A program made the translations under genes and the position numbers. A DNA stretch of 60,513 nt, taken from assembly GCA_964501055.1 (NCBI GenBank), contig CAZCRP010000001.1:1-60513 (forward strand), given 5' to 3'. Position 1 is the first letter of the stretch. Each line of letters opens with the position of its first letter. Shown in pieces: positions 9,596 through 19,036 of this stretch. The DNA is from an uncultured Acidimicrobiaceae bacterium. GTDB taxonomy: Bacteria > Actinomycetota > Acidimicrobiia > Spongiisociales > ZC4RG35. A model generated the notes under the pieces. That model searched no databases. It saw only the letters and a program-made list of their open reading frames with translations, and was not told where the DNA came from.

Positions 9596-10882
9596 ATGCC
9601 GGACATGGCTCAGCATGAAGGAACGCCGTCCGACTTGCCGCGATTCGAAGCTCCGACGCTTGGACTGAAGGGGCTTCCGTTCGGCGGGGAGGCCGGGACG
9701 GGCTGGAGCGTTTTTGACGCAGATACCGGGTTTCCCGTCGCCGTGCTCCACGAATCGGCGATCCGGCACAACAGCGCGACGATGGTTGCATTCTGCGCAC
9801 GCCACGGTGTGTCGCACGCCCCGCACGGCAAAACGACAATGGCGCCGGCGATCTTTCGGATCCAGCTTGAAGACGGTTGCTGGGGGATCACGGCTGCCAC
9901 GGTCTGGCAGGCGGCAAGGATGCGGGAAGCAGGCGTGCCACGGGTCATCATCGCCAATCAGGTAGTGGTCCCCGCCGAGATCGAATGGCTCGGCCGGGCG
10001 ATTGCCGACGGCTTCGACGTGATGTGTTACGTCGACTCACTCCGTGGCGTTCAGCTGCTCAGTGATGTCCTCGCCATCAATCCTGCTAGCCCACGACTCC
10101 CAGTCTTGCTTGAGGTCGGCGTGAACGGCGGACGCACCGGTGTTCGTTCACTCGACGAGGCGCTCACTGTGGCGCGAGCTGCCGCGGCCGCCCCCAACCT
10201 GGCATTCACGGGAGTGTCGGGGTTCGAAGGGATCCTCGGAGCGGACGGGGACAGAACTGCCCGAGAAGTCGTCGTCGAGTTCCTGGACGCGGTGGTGGAA
10301 GCCACCCACGCAGTCCATGCTGAGAACCTATTCGAGCCGTCCCCTGAGGTCGTCGTCACCGCCGGAGGCAGCGCATACTTCGATCATGTCGTCGATCGAT
10401 TCTCGCTTGTGAACCTCGGGGACACCCCGACTCGGATCGTGCTTCGTACGGGGGGGTACATCAGCCACGATGACGTCGGGTACAACCGGAAGTCGCCGAT
10501 GGGCGAGTCGCCTCGTGTCGACGACGACTCCCGTCTCAGAGCTTCGATCGAAATATGGGCCGCCGTGCTCTCCCGGCCCGAACCGACCCTAGCCCTCGTG
10601 GGTCTCGGCAAACGCGATGCCGCCTCGGACGGGCAGCTTCCCGTTGCCAAGAAGGTGCGTCGGTGCGGTTCGTCCGAGGTCGAGGAGATCGCACCGATCC
10701 AAGTCTCCGTGATCAACGACCAGCACGCGTATCTCGATCTCGACGCGGAGGACCCGCTCGCAGTCGGGGACCTCGTGGGCTTCGGCATCGGGCATCCGTG
10801 CACGACGTTCGACAAGTGGCGCGTGATGCTGATGGTCGACGACGACTACCGCGTGACCGAACTCGTCCACACGATCTTCTGA
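9596..10882 (+). CDS. D-serine dehydratase-like / D-threonine aldolase-like PLP enzyme (alanine racemase N-terminal fold)
   Basis: PLP lysine in APHGKTT, and a C-terminal GHPCTTFDKW string typical of the DSD1-like family. The start is uncertain (ATG at 9596 or 9605). Confidence 0.72.
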   Translation: MPDMAQHEGTPSDLPRFEAPTLGLKGLPFGGEAGTGWSVFDADTGFPVAVLHESAIRHNSATMVAFCARHGVSHAPHGKTTMAPAIFRIQLEDGCWGITAATVWQAARMREAGVPRVIIANQVVVPAEIEWLGRAIADGFDVMCYVDSLRGVQLLSDVLAINPASPRLPVLLEVGVNGGRTGVRSLDEALTVARAAAAAPNLAFTGVSGFEGILGADGDRTAREVVVEFLDAVVEATHAVHAENLFEPSPEVVVTAGGSAYFDHVVDRFSLVNLGDTPTRIVLRTGGYISHDDVGYNRKSPMGESPRVDDDSRLRASIEIWAAVLSRPEPTLALVGLGKRDAASDGQLPVAKKVRRCGSSEVEEIAPIQVSVINDQHAYLDLDAEDPLAVGDLVGFGIGHPCTTFDKWRVMLMVDDDYRVTELVHTIF

Positions 10883-10890
10883 TCGAGTGT

Positions 10891-11361
10891 TCAACGCACC
10901 GCGATGATCGCTTCGACCTCGACTGGTGTGCCGAGCGGCAGCTCCGACATGCCGACCGCGGATCGCGCGTGTGTTCCTGCATTGCCGAGAATGTCCCGGA
11001 ACACCTGTGACGCGCCGTTGGCGACCACGTGCTGTTCCCGGAACCCGGGTGCACTGGCCACGAACACGGTCAGCTTGACGACCTGTTCCACTTCGGCGAG
11101 CGACCCGAGCAGTTCCTGAGTTCGCCCGAGCAGGTTGATCGCGCACTGGCGGGCGCATGCCTGGCCCGTTTCCACGTCGACGTCGTCGCCGAGACGACCG
11201 ACCGCCATCAGCTCTGAGCCGCGGAATGCGACCTGGCCCGAGAGTACGAGCAGTCGATCGTGGAGGACTGCGGGTCGCACGGTGGTGTCGGGCCCAGGTG
11301 CGGCGCTGAGAACGGGTTCGAGCGCAACGAAGGCCGCGTCACGGTCATGATTGTCGGTCAT
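10891..11361 (-). CDS. RidA/YjgF-family protein (copy 1)
   Basis: 156 aa. Contains LVLSGQVA...VKLTVFV...VEVEAIIAV. The ATGA overlaps the MlrC-like stop at 11358. Confidence 0.8.
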   Translation of the reverse strand: MTDNHDRDAAFVALEPVLSAAPGPDTTVRPAVLHDRLLVLSGQVAFRGSELMAVGRLGDDVDVETGQACARQCAINLLGRTQELLGSLAEVEQVVKLTVFVASAPGFREQHVVANGASQVFRDILGNAGTHARSAVGMSELPLGTPVEVEAIIAVR

Positions 11362-12869
11362 CGGTCACTCCGATCGGTTGTGGCGGGGTGGTACTCGGCT
11401 TCAGGCTCGAAGGGGAACATCGGCCGCCGACGGTGCCGGTACTCGAGCGAGGAGAGGTCTGCGCTTGTGCATCCCGGCGTGTTCAGCCAGATCATTTCCG
11501 CTGCGATCGGCTCGAACGCGCCACGCGGGGAGTGCACGCCCTTGGCGACGATGATCGGTTGGGTGTGAGGGTTGATGCCGACACTGATCAGCTGCTGAAG
11601 GCTCGGATTACCTGCTGGAAGGCTGGTGAGCATGAGTGTGTGACCGTCTTCGGTGTGGACGACGGCTCTCAGCCCGACGTCGAAGAAGCGGAACCCGCCG
11701 TGCGTCGCACCCGGATCCTCGAAGCGGCCGCTGTCGAGGACCCGAACGACTCCGCGGATGGACACGGGCGAGCCGTGCAGGTCGTCGGTCTTGCCTCCAA
11801 CCTCGAGTTCCACGGTTGCGCCGACCCCGGCGACAGCACATGCGGCGACAGCTTCCGGGTCACAGAGGGACTGGAACAGGTCGCGCACGCCCAACCGCTG
11901 TGCGGCGGCGAGGACGTGGGTCGAATCCCCGGGGCTGCCCCCACCGACGTTGTCGCCGACGTCGAGCAGTACGACGGGATGATTCGTGGCAGCCGCGGCG
12001 TGGAGGAGGGCCTCGTCGATATCGGTTCCGTCGCCGGTCATATCGTCGCGGACATCCCAGGCGGCAGACGCCATCTTCTGGGCGATGTCTGTTGCGAGCA
12101 CCTCGTCGCCGTCGGTGATGGCTATGAAGGCCATCCCCACTTCTTCGACATCGGCGTATGGGAACCCTTCGGCGACGCTCACCGACAACACGCCGGGCCG
12201 TTTCCCCTGCTCGGCGGCAAATGCGACCAGTTCGCGCATCGGGGAGTCGCTAGTTCCCTGACGCAGGATGTTGATCACGAGCGGAGGCATCTCCAGTGCC
12301 TTCACCGGTCGGATCTCTCCACGCACGGTGCGGATGATCAACTCGGCTGCCAGTCTCGCCCGAGGACGCGGGTCGAGGTGCGGATTGGTCATGTAGGTGT
12401 TGATGATCGTTGCGTTGTCGACCATCGCCGACGAGATGTTGGCGTGCATGTCGAGCGACACGCCGACTGGGACGTCTGGTCCGACCAGTTCGCGCACCCG
12501 CCGCAGGATCTCGCCGTCGGCGTCGCGGTGGGCTTCGGACACCGCTGCCCCATGAAGCGCGAGCAGCACGGCGTCCCATGGTCCCTGCTCACGTAGTGCA
12601 TCGAGCAGTGCTCCCACCATCGTTTCGAACGCTTCTTCGGTGATGGCGTTCATCGGTGTCAGTCGATAAAACAGCAGCGGTACGACGTCGACGTCCGGAT
12701 GAGCGTCGCCGGCTTCGAGGTAGCCGCCAAGGGTGGCTTGGGATGTGGCGAACTCCCTGACGAGATCATCGCCTTCGACCGGCCCGGCCGCCAACCACTT
12801 GTCGAGACTGGCCGGAACCGGCGAGTACGTGTTGGACTCGTGGCTGAGCCCGAGGGTTGCTATCCGCAT
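11358..12869 (-). CDS. M81-family metallopeptidase, MlrC-like (intact copy 2)
   Basis: An internal ATG at 12869 is preceded by AAAGGA. The protein begins MRIATLGLSHESNTYSP and contains LHGA, VGGGSPGDST and IVAKGVHSPRGAF. Confidence 0.85.
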   Translation of the reverse strand: MRIATLGLSHESNTYSPVPASLDKWLAAGPVEGDDLVREFATSQATLGGYLEAGDAHPDVDVVPLLFYRLTPMNAITEEAFETMVGALLDALREQGPWDAVLLALHGAAVSEAHRDADGEILRRVRELVGPDVPVGVSLDMHANISSAMVDNATIINTYMTNPHLDPRPRARLAAELIIRTVRGEIRPVKALEMPPLVINILRQGTSDSPMRELVAFAAEQGKRPGVLSVSVAEGFPYADVEEVGMAFIAITDGDEVLATDIAQKMASAAWDVRDDMTGDGTDIDEALLHAAAATNHPVVLLDVGDNVGGGSPGDSTHVLAAAQRLGVRDLFQSLCDPEAVAACAVAGVGATVELEVGGKTDDLHGSPVSIRGVVRVLDSGRFEDPGATHGGFRFFDVGLRAVVHTEDGHTLMLTSLPAGNPSLQQLISVGINPHTQPIIVAKGVHSPRGAFEPIAAEMIWLNTPGCTSADLSSLEYRHRRRPMFPFEPEAEYHPATTDRSDR

Positions 12870-12912
12870 GTTCGTCCTTTCGTGGGAGATGTGTCTCGAA
12901 GGATCCGGATGG

Positions 12913-13704
12913 TCACCAGATCGACCACCCGCCGTCGACCACGAGGTTGTGGCCGGTGATGAAACGTCCGGCATCGGATGCGAGGAGCAGCACCGCCCCC
13001 TTCATGTCCTCAGGGACGCCCATCACACCGAGTGCATTTCCGTCGACGAGACGGCGTACGAACTCCGGGTTCGCGTCGGGCTTCGGCACATGTCCTGGGC
13101 TGATGCAGTTGACTCGGACGCCCGACCGTCCGAACTCGGCGGCGAGGTTCCGAGTCAGTCCGATGATCGCTGCTTTCGATGTCTGGTAGGCGAGGCTCGA
13201 GCGCTTTTTCATGTCGAGCCCGGCGTAGAGGCGAGGGTCGGCGGCCAGGGAGCCATGAACCGAGGACACGGTGATGATCGAACCTGAGTGGCGAGGAAGC
13301 ATGTAGCGGGCAGCGGCATTGGCGGTGGTGATGGTTCCGAGGAGATGGGACTCCCATGTGGCGCGGACGGCATCCAGATCGGTGTCGGGCGGGAACGAAC
13401 TCTCGGCGTTGGCGCCGGCATTGCACACCGCGATGTCGACAGGGCCGGCTTCGGAGGCGATATCGGAGAGGGCGGTGTCCACGCGCCTGGGATCGGTGAT
13501 GTCCATCTGCACCGCTTGGCACCATCCTCCGTTGTCGCGGACTGCAGCAGCCGTCTCCTCGATGAGTTCCGGCCGTCGTCCGCCGACGAACGTCCTGGCT
13601 CCGTGCGCTGCGAGTCCTTCGGCCATCGCCCGCCCCAGGTGGGTGCCGCCCCCTGTGACGAGCGCAACACGGTCGGTCAGGTCGAACATCGAGGCGTCGG
13701 TCAT
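12913..13704 (-). CDS. SDR-family oxidoreductase
   Basis: TGGGTHLG cofactor motif, YQTSK catalytic motif and NAG. Confidence 0.85.
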   Translation of the reverse strand: MTDASMFDLTDRVALVTGGGTHLGRAMAEGLAAHGARTFVGGRRPELIEETAAAVRDNGGWCQAVQMDITDPRRVDTALSDIASEAGPVDIAVCNAGANAESSFPPDTDLDAVRATWESHLLGTITTANAAARYMLPRHSGSIITVSSVHGSLAADPRLYAGLDMKKRSSLAYQTSKAAIIGLTRNLAAEFGRSGVRVNCISPGHVPKPDANPEFVRRLVDGNALGVMGVPEDMKGAVLLLASDAGRFITGHNLVVDGGWSIW

Positions 13705-14543
13705 TGTCGCCTTCCTTTCGGTGGGTAAGGGCCTTCATAGCCGAGCATTCGTGAGGCCCGCTCGGCGGAGGCAATCACATGAGCGGCGATCGAGGCTTCC
13801 TCCTCGACGAATCGACCGGCCGGCAGCGAGGTGCCGTAGGCGCCGTAGGGTCGGCCGTCGGAATCGACGATCACGGCGCCTATGCACGAGACACCGGTGG
13901 TGTACTCCTCGCGGTCGATGCCGTAGCCGCGCCGGCGAGTGGACTCGAGTTCTTCGAGTAATCCTCCCCAGGTCGTGATCGTGTTCGGGGTCAGGGCCTC
14001 GAATGTGCGGGTCTCGAAGAATTCATCGAGGGACTCCGGGGGGACATGCGCGAGGTAGGCCTTCGCCGAGGCTCGAATGTGAGTGTGGCCGGTATATCCG
14101 ACGGTCAGGCTGCCCACTCTGAGCATGTTGGTCCCTTCGAGCAGCCCGACGATTGGCAGGTCGGCGCTCCGACGGATGGTGATGTAGACGGTCTCACCCA
14201 GTTCCTGATGCAGGCCGCGCAGGATGTCGAGGAGCTCAGGCGACGGAGCCACGGTGGTGTCGTAACGGTCCGTGAGGTAGCCGACCCTGGTGCCGAGCAC
14301 GTACCGGCCGCCGGGGACTCTGTGAACGTATCCGGCGTTTTGGAGGGTTCGCAGGATCTGGTAGCACGTGCCGAGGTTGATCTCGAGCGCGGCAACGAGG
14401 GACTTGGCAGTTGCGTGGCCGCGTTCCATGGCGACCTTCTCGAGAACCTGGATACCTCGATTCAGCGTGAGGAGCAGGCCAGGAGTGCGGTCGCTCGGCT
14501 CCTTTGCCGGTCCTGCATTGGTGCCAGACATCGTCCTTCTCAC
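13701..14543 (-). CDS. IclR-family transcriptional regulator (copy 1)
   Basis: wHTH region LEINLGTCYQILRTLQNAGYV plus an effector domain. Clear paralogue of 42799..43611. The start could be GTG 14543 or ATG 14531. Confidence 0.85.
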   Translation of the reverse strand: MRRTMSGTNAGPAKEPSDRTPGLLLTLNRGIQVLEKVAMERGHATAKSLVAALEINLGTCYQILRTLQNAGYVHRVPGGRYVLGTRVGYLTDRYDTTVAPSPELLDILRGLHQELGETVYITIRRSADLPIVGLLEGTNMLRVGSLTVGYTGHTHIRASAKAYLAHVPPESLDEFFETRTFEALTPNTITTWGGLLEELESTRRRGYGIDREEYTTGVSCIGAVIVDSDGRPYGAYGTSLPAGRFVEEEASIAAHVIASAERASRMLGYEGPYPPKGRRQ

Positions 14544-14813
14544 TTCTCGATGTGCCGTCGGTCGCGACCGACGATTGGTCAGGACTCGGCGTCGCAGGAC
14601 GCGGAGATCAGTATTTCACTATCCTAAACAACCTCGGATATTCCGAACATGCAGAACAGCATGCCCGTGTTGCTCGCACGGACAGTCGGAAGTGGTCTTG
14701 CACATACCGACACCGAAATGGGCGATCTGTGAAGGTGGGTCGGCAAGTCTGTACGAGTTGGTCGCCCGTGTCGTCGGCCCGCGCTCTTGCGTCGTATGGA
14801 AAGGTGAACCCAC
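14544..14813. promoter_or_regulatory. Divergent control region between IclR-1 and the metallophosphoesterase-fusion/E1 operon
   Basis: 270-bp gap between divergent starts. It has a relatively AT-rich core (gtatttcactatcctaaacaacc) and GAAAGGTGA 6 nt before the ATG at 14814. Confidence 0.35.
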
Positions 14814-16871
14814 ATGGTCGATCGCACGCAGCTCGAGACGCCGATCTTCGAGTTCGTTGTCATGGCGGACACGCATTACGTCCTGCCCGAGAAGTCGAAT
14901 ACCGGCGAGTTCGAGACTCGTCGCTATCAGACCGCCCGAATCGGCCAGGCTGTCGACCTCTCTCGTCACCTCGATCCGAAGTTCGTGATCCACCTCGGTG
15001 ACCTGGTCCAGGAGTTCCCGGGTACGTCTGACTTCGCGGAGTCACTCCGGCAGGCAAAAGACCAACTCGACGCGCTCGGCATCACCATCCACCACGCCGC
15101 AGGAAATCACGATGTCGGAGACAAGCCGGATCCGACGACTGCGGCGCCCTGGACCACGGATGACTTCCTCGACTACTACCACGGGCACGTCGCGCCGTCG
15201 TGGTTCGACTTCACGGAAGGCGACGTGCACTTCGTGTTGCTCAACACGTCGGTGATGAACAACACCGCCCTCGCCGCCGAAGCCGAGCAGTGGCAATGGC
15301 TGGAGGCGACGTTGCGGGCGCATGCGGAGATGCGAACCGTGATTGGATATCACATCCCGGCCTATGTGATGGATGATGGCGAGCCGTCGCTCGGCCATTA
15401 CGACAACATCGCCGAGCCTGCCCGTTCCCGCCTCCTCGACCTGCTCACCCGGCATCAGGTGGAGAGGGTGTTCCAGGGCCACAGCCACTTCGCATTCGTC
15501 AATGAGCGCGCCGGCACCCGGTTTCATGTGCTCCCGTCGACTTCGACGACGCGTCCCGGGTTCTGTGAGTTGTTCTCGAGTGCGGCGCCGCCCGCCCAGG
15601 GTCACAACGACGCCGACAAGTTGGGCATGTTCCTCGTCCGTGTCTACCCAGATGACATGCGGATCAACTTCCTCCGCACGCAAGGGGCGGCGGCCACCAC
15701 GCCACCCGGGGAGGGGCGGGAGATCCTCCTCACCGGCACGCCGAGAGAACTGTCGACATCCCAGCTCGGAGTGACGTTGCGACATCCTCTTGCCAACTAC
15801 GCCGACGTGCCGATCACGTTTCCGTCGACGGTGCGCCAGCCGGTCAGGAACGACTACCCGCTCCTCGCGCTCGTCGAGATGGGAGCACAGTCTGTTCGGA
15901 TTCCCGGCAGCGAACTCGACGAAGACCGCCTCCGATCACGACACGAACTCCTCCGCTCCGAGGGATTGGCGACTGTGGCGACGTACCTGTGGGAGGCGGG
16001 GTCGGATCTGCGCGACCGGGTTGCGGCCGTCGCATCCGACGTCGACGGCGTCGAAATTCAGATCCCCGGAGACGTCGAGCCAGGTGAGGATGTGCTCGGC
16101 TCCCTCGGTGCGCTCTCGGAGGCTGCCGCGGGTGCGCTTTCGATCTGCCAGGTCACACTCGCGCACATCAAAGGCGTGCAGATGCATCGGCGACAGCGAT
16201 TCGGTTACAAGCCCGCTGCGCTTCGACCGCTCGATACCGTGCTGTCGGCAGGATCGGCGCCGGTCGATCGGGCGGTCTGTCACATCGACGACCGCGACGA
16301 ACTGTGGGATCTCGTGGATGTGCTGAGCGAAGGCCTATCAGCCGTGGCTCGCGTCGATGTGGTGATTGAAGTAGGGCTGCAGGGACTCGCCGCGGACGCG
16401 TGGCTCGCAGCCGAAGCCATGGTTGCCCTCGCGCCCTTCGCACACACCCGGATCTTTGTCGACACCCTCGTCGAACTCGACCGGACGATGGACCTGCGAG
16501 GCGGGCTTCTGACCCGCATGTGCAATCCCAGACCATCGTTCCGAGTCCTACAGACCCTCAACACGGTTCTGCACGGACGGCTCGTCTGCGGGGCGGTCAC
16601 GAAAAGCCGCCGCACACGGTTCGGAGTCTCAGCGGAGTTCGGTGACGGGGGCGCCCTGCTCCTGGTGCTTCCAGGGGTCGACCCTGATGGGCGGGCGGAA
16701 CTCGACACGCAACTGGGTCAGCTGGGTCCCGAGGGTGGTGACACCCCGACTGTCCGGTACGAGTTGTCCACGGGTTGGGTGCACCGCGGCGTTGCGTCGC
16801 GGGCGGTGTTCGCTCCGGCAGACCCCACGGCTCCCTATGTCGTCCAGACCGGGGCTCGGTCGAGCGGGTGA
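14814..16871 (+). CDS. Metallophosphoesterase domain fused to an uncharacterised C-terminal region of about 380 aa
   Basis: The N-terminal roughly 290 aa carry the calcineurin-like motifs MADTHY, LGDLV, GNHD, GYHIP and GHSHF. I could place no motif in the remaining residues. Confidence 0.75.
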   Translation: MVDRTQLETPIFEFVVMADTHYVLPEKSNTGEFETRRYQTARIGQAVDLSRHLDPKFVIHLGDLVQEFPGTSDFAESLRQAKDQLDALGITIHHAAGNHDVGDKPDPTTAAPWTTDDFLDYYHGHVAPSWFDFTEGDVHFVLLNTSVMNNTALAAEAEQWQWLEATLRAHAEMRTVIGYHIPAYVMDDGEPSLGHYDNIAEPARSRLLDLLTRHQVERVFQGHSHFAFVNERAGTRFHVLPSTSTTRPGFCELFSSAAPPAQGHNDADKLGMFLVRVYPDDMRINFLRTQGAAATTPPGEGREILLTGTPRELSTSQLGVTLRHPLANYADVPITFPSTVRQPVRNDYPLLALVEMGAQSVRIPGSELDEDRLRSRHELLRSEGLATVATYLWEAGSDLRDRVAAVASDVDGVEIQIPGDVEPGEDVLGSLGALSEAAAGALSICQVTLAHIKGVQMHRRQRFGYKPAALRPLDTVLSAGSAPVDRAVCHIDDRDELWDLVDVLSEGLSAVARVDVVIEVGLQGLAADAWLAAEAMVALAPFAHTRIFVDTLVELDRTMDLRGGLLTRMCNPRPSFRVLQTLNTVLHGRLVCGAVTKSRRTRFGVSAEFGDGGALLLVLPGVDPDGRAELDTQLGQLGPEGGDTPTVRYELSTGWVHRGVASRAVFAPADPTAPYVVQTGARSSG

Positions 16872-17039
16872 GGTCGCGTGTCTGCCCGCGCTCAGGACAA
16901 TGCTCATGATAGCTGAAATAAGTTCAGATTATTGGCAAGACGTTGAAGATCTGGCACTCTTGGTGCGCGGACGCGCATTGGCCATCCAGTCTTTTGTGCG
17001 AACTGCCATGGAGCAACAACCCTCGGAGGTCGTGACCCG

Positions 17040-18050
17040 ATGCTGATGCGAATGAACCAGGCGATCGCGGCTGGCCTGCGTGACGAGATGCGCGCCGACC
17101 CCTCCGTGGTGGTCTGGGGAGAGGATGTGGCCGAAGCCGAGGGTGTGTTCAAGGCCACGGTGGGGCTCTACGAAGAGTTCGGAAGTCGTGTGAGGGACAC
17201 TCCGATCTCCGAGATGGGCTTTCTCGGCGCAGCCGTCGGTGCGGCGGCCACCGGACTGCGGCCGGTAGTCGAGATCATGTTCGTCGAGTTCCTGGGGGTG
17301 GCCCTCGATCAACTCGTCACCGAGGCCGCCTTCTACCGCTACCTATCAGGCGGGGAGATCGGGGTCCCGCTGGTGGTCCGTGCCTCCGCCGGTGGAGGAA
17401 TCGGGTTCGGTGCCCAGCACTCCCAGACACTGGAGCGATGGCTGATCGGGAGTCCCGGAATCAAGGTCGCCATGCCGTCTGGCTCGCGCACCGCATATGG
17501 GCTGATCCGTGCGGCGGTGCGCGACGATGACCCAGTCGTCGTCCTCGAACCCCGTGCCCTGTACGCGGAGCGCGAGGAGTTCGATCCGTCCGACGATCAG
17601 ATATTCTCGCTTGGGGTGGGCGAGCTGCGGCAGCGTGGCGACGACGTCACGCTGGTGACGTTGGGAAGCACCGTGGGTGTGGCCGAGGCAGCTGCTCGTG
17701 CCGCTGGATGGACTGCCGATGTGATCGACCTGCTGACCATTCAGCCTTGGGATCGAGAACTCGTCTTCGAGTCCGTGTCCAAGACGGGAAGGCTCGTCGT
17801 CGTCGAAGAGAGCCCCTGGTCGGGCGGCTGGGGAGCTGACATCGTTGCCGCTGTCGCCGAAGAACTACTCGACGATCTCCTGGCGCCAGTCGTCCGGGTT
17901 ACGACTCCTGACGTCCCCGTGCCCTTCGCTCCGGACCTCGAAGCGCGATACCTGCCCTCCTCGGACGAAGTGGTCGCCCAGGTCGACTCCTTGCTGGCGA
18001 CGGGCCGATCTCTAGGCGCCTGGTGGGGGAGGGAGGGAGTGAGCGTATGA
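17040..18050 (+). CDS. 2-oxoacid dehydrogenase E1 component, beta subunit
   Basis: MNQAIAAGLRDEM...GEDV...DTPISE...GLRPVVEIMF, followed by a transketolase C-terminal-like end. GGAGG lies 10 nt upstream of the start. Confidence 0.9.
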   Translation: MLMRMNQAIAAGLRDEMRADPSVVVWGEDVAEAEGVFKATVGLYEEFGSRVRDTPISEMGFLGAAVGAAATGLRPVVEIMFVEFLGVALDQLVTEAAFYRYLSGGEIGVPLVVRASAGGGIGFGAQHSQTLERWLIGSPGIKVAMPSGSRTAYGLIRAAVRDDDPVVVLEPRALYAEREEFDPSDDQIFSLGVGELRQRGDDVTLVTLGSTVGVAEAAARAAGWTADVIDLLTIQPWDRELVFESVSKTGRLVVVEESPWSGGWGADIVAAVAEELLDDLLAPVVRVTTPDVPVPFAPDLEARYLPSSDEVVAQVDSLLATGRSLGAWWGREGVSV

Positions 18051-19036
18051 CTGTGGAACTCGAACGTCGAGAAGCGTTGAGCGACAGGGTCGCACAGCTC
18101 GACCGGATGCTCGAGATTCGCCGGACCGAGGAGTGCATCCAGGCGATGTTTGCCGAAGGGCTCGTGAAGGGCACCACCCACACCTGCCAGGGGCAGGAAG
18201 CGGTGTCCGTCGCGATCGCCGCGTCGACCACGCCCGAGGATGTGGTCACATGTACCTACCGAGGACATGGACATGCGCTCGCACTCGGGATGACTCCTAC
18301 ATCCGTGATGGGTGAGGTGCTCGGCAAGACGGTCGGTTCGATCGGCGGCGTTGGCGGATCGATGCACCTGTCCGATCTGTCGATTGGTCTCCTGCCGACC
18401 TTCGCCATCGTGGGCGCCGGCATCCCGGTTGCAGTCGGGGCGGCGATCGGGCGTCGGGCAGCCGGTACGGACGGGATCGGTGTCGCCGTGTTCGGTGACG
18501 GCGCCACCAACATCGGCGCATTCCACGAGGCGCTCAACCTGGCCAGCGTATGGAACGTGCCCGTCGTCTTCGTGTGCGAGAACAACCTGTATGGCGAGTA
18601 CAGCCGCATCGATCGGACGACTCCTTTCGAGGATCTGTATCGGCGGGGGGCCGCGTACGACATTCCGTCCCGGGCCGTCGACGGCCAGGACGTCGATTCT
18701 CTCATCGAGGAGCTGTCGGTCGAGTTCGAGGCCGCCAGGTCAGGGCCTGGTCCGCGCTTCGTCGAGGTCAAGACGTACCGCTTCGTGGGACACTCCCGCA
18801 GTGACACTGCGCCCTATCGTCGCGCCGGCGAACTCGATGAGTGGCTGGAGCGGGATCCGATCGCCATCCTCGGCAGCCGGCTCGTCGAGGAGGGTGCGCT
18901 CTCCGCGGACTCCCGAGCCGCGCTCGATCGCGACGTCACCGGCCGGGTCGAAGAGGCAATGGTGACAGTCAAGGCCGCCGAAGGGCCCCAGGTCCCAGCG
19001 ATGTTCGCCAACATCTACGCGGCACCCTCCGACTGA
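18047..19036 (+). CDS. 2-oxoacid dehydrogenase E1 component, alpha subunit (TPP-binding)
   Basis: ATGA overlap with the beta subunit. TPP motif FGDGATNIG...CENNLYG, plus YRGHGH. Confidence 0.9.
   Translation: MTVELERREALSDRVAQLDRMLEIRRTEECIQAMFAEGLVKGTTHTCQGQEAVSVAIAASTTPEDVVTCTYRGHGHALALGMTPTSVMGEVLGKTVGSIGGVGGSMHLSDLSIGLLPTFAIVGAGIPVAVGAAIGRRAAGTDGIGVAVFGDGATNIGAFHEALNLASVWNVPVVFVCENNLYGEYSRIDRTTPFEDLYRRGAAYDIPSRAVDGQDVDSLIEELSVEFEAARSGPGPRFVEVKTYRFVGHSRSDTAPYRRAGELDEWLERDPIAILGSRLVEEGALSADSRAALDRDVTGRVEEAMVTVKAAEGPQVPAMFANIYAAPSD

Noticed and set aside
16952-16966. Sigma-54-like element TGGCAC-N5-GTGC upstream of E1beta.
   Set aside because: The -12 element deviates from TTGC. No enhancer-binding protein is present in the window. 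High-GC actinobacteria generally lack RpoN, so this is probably a chance match.
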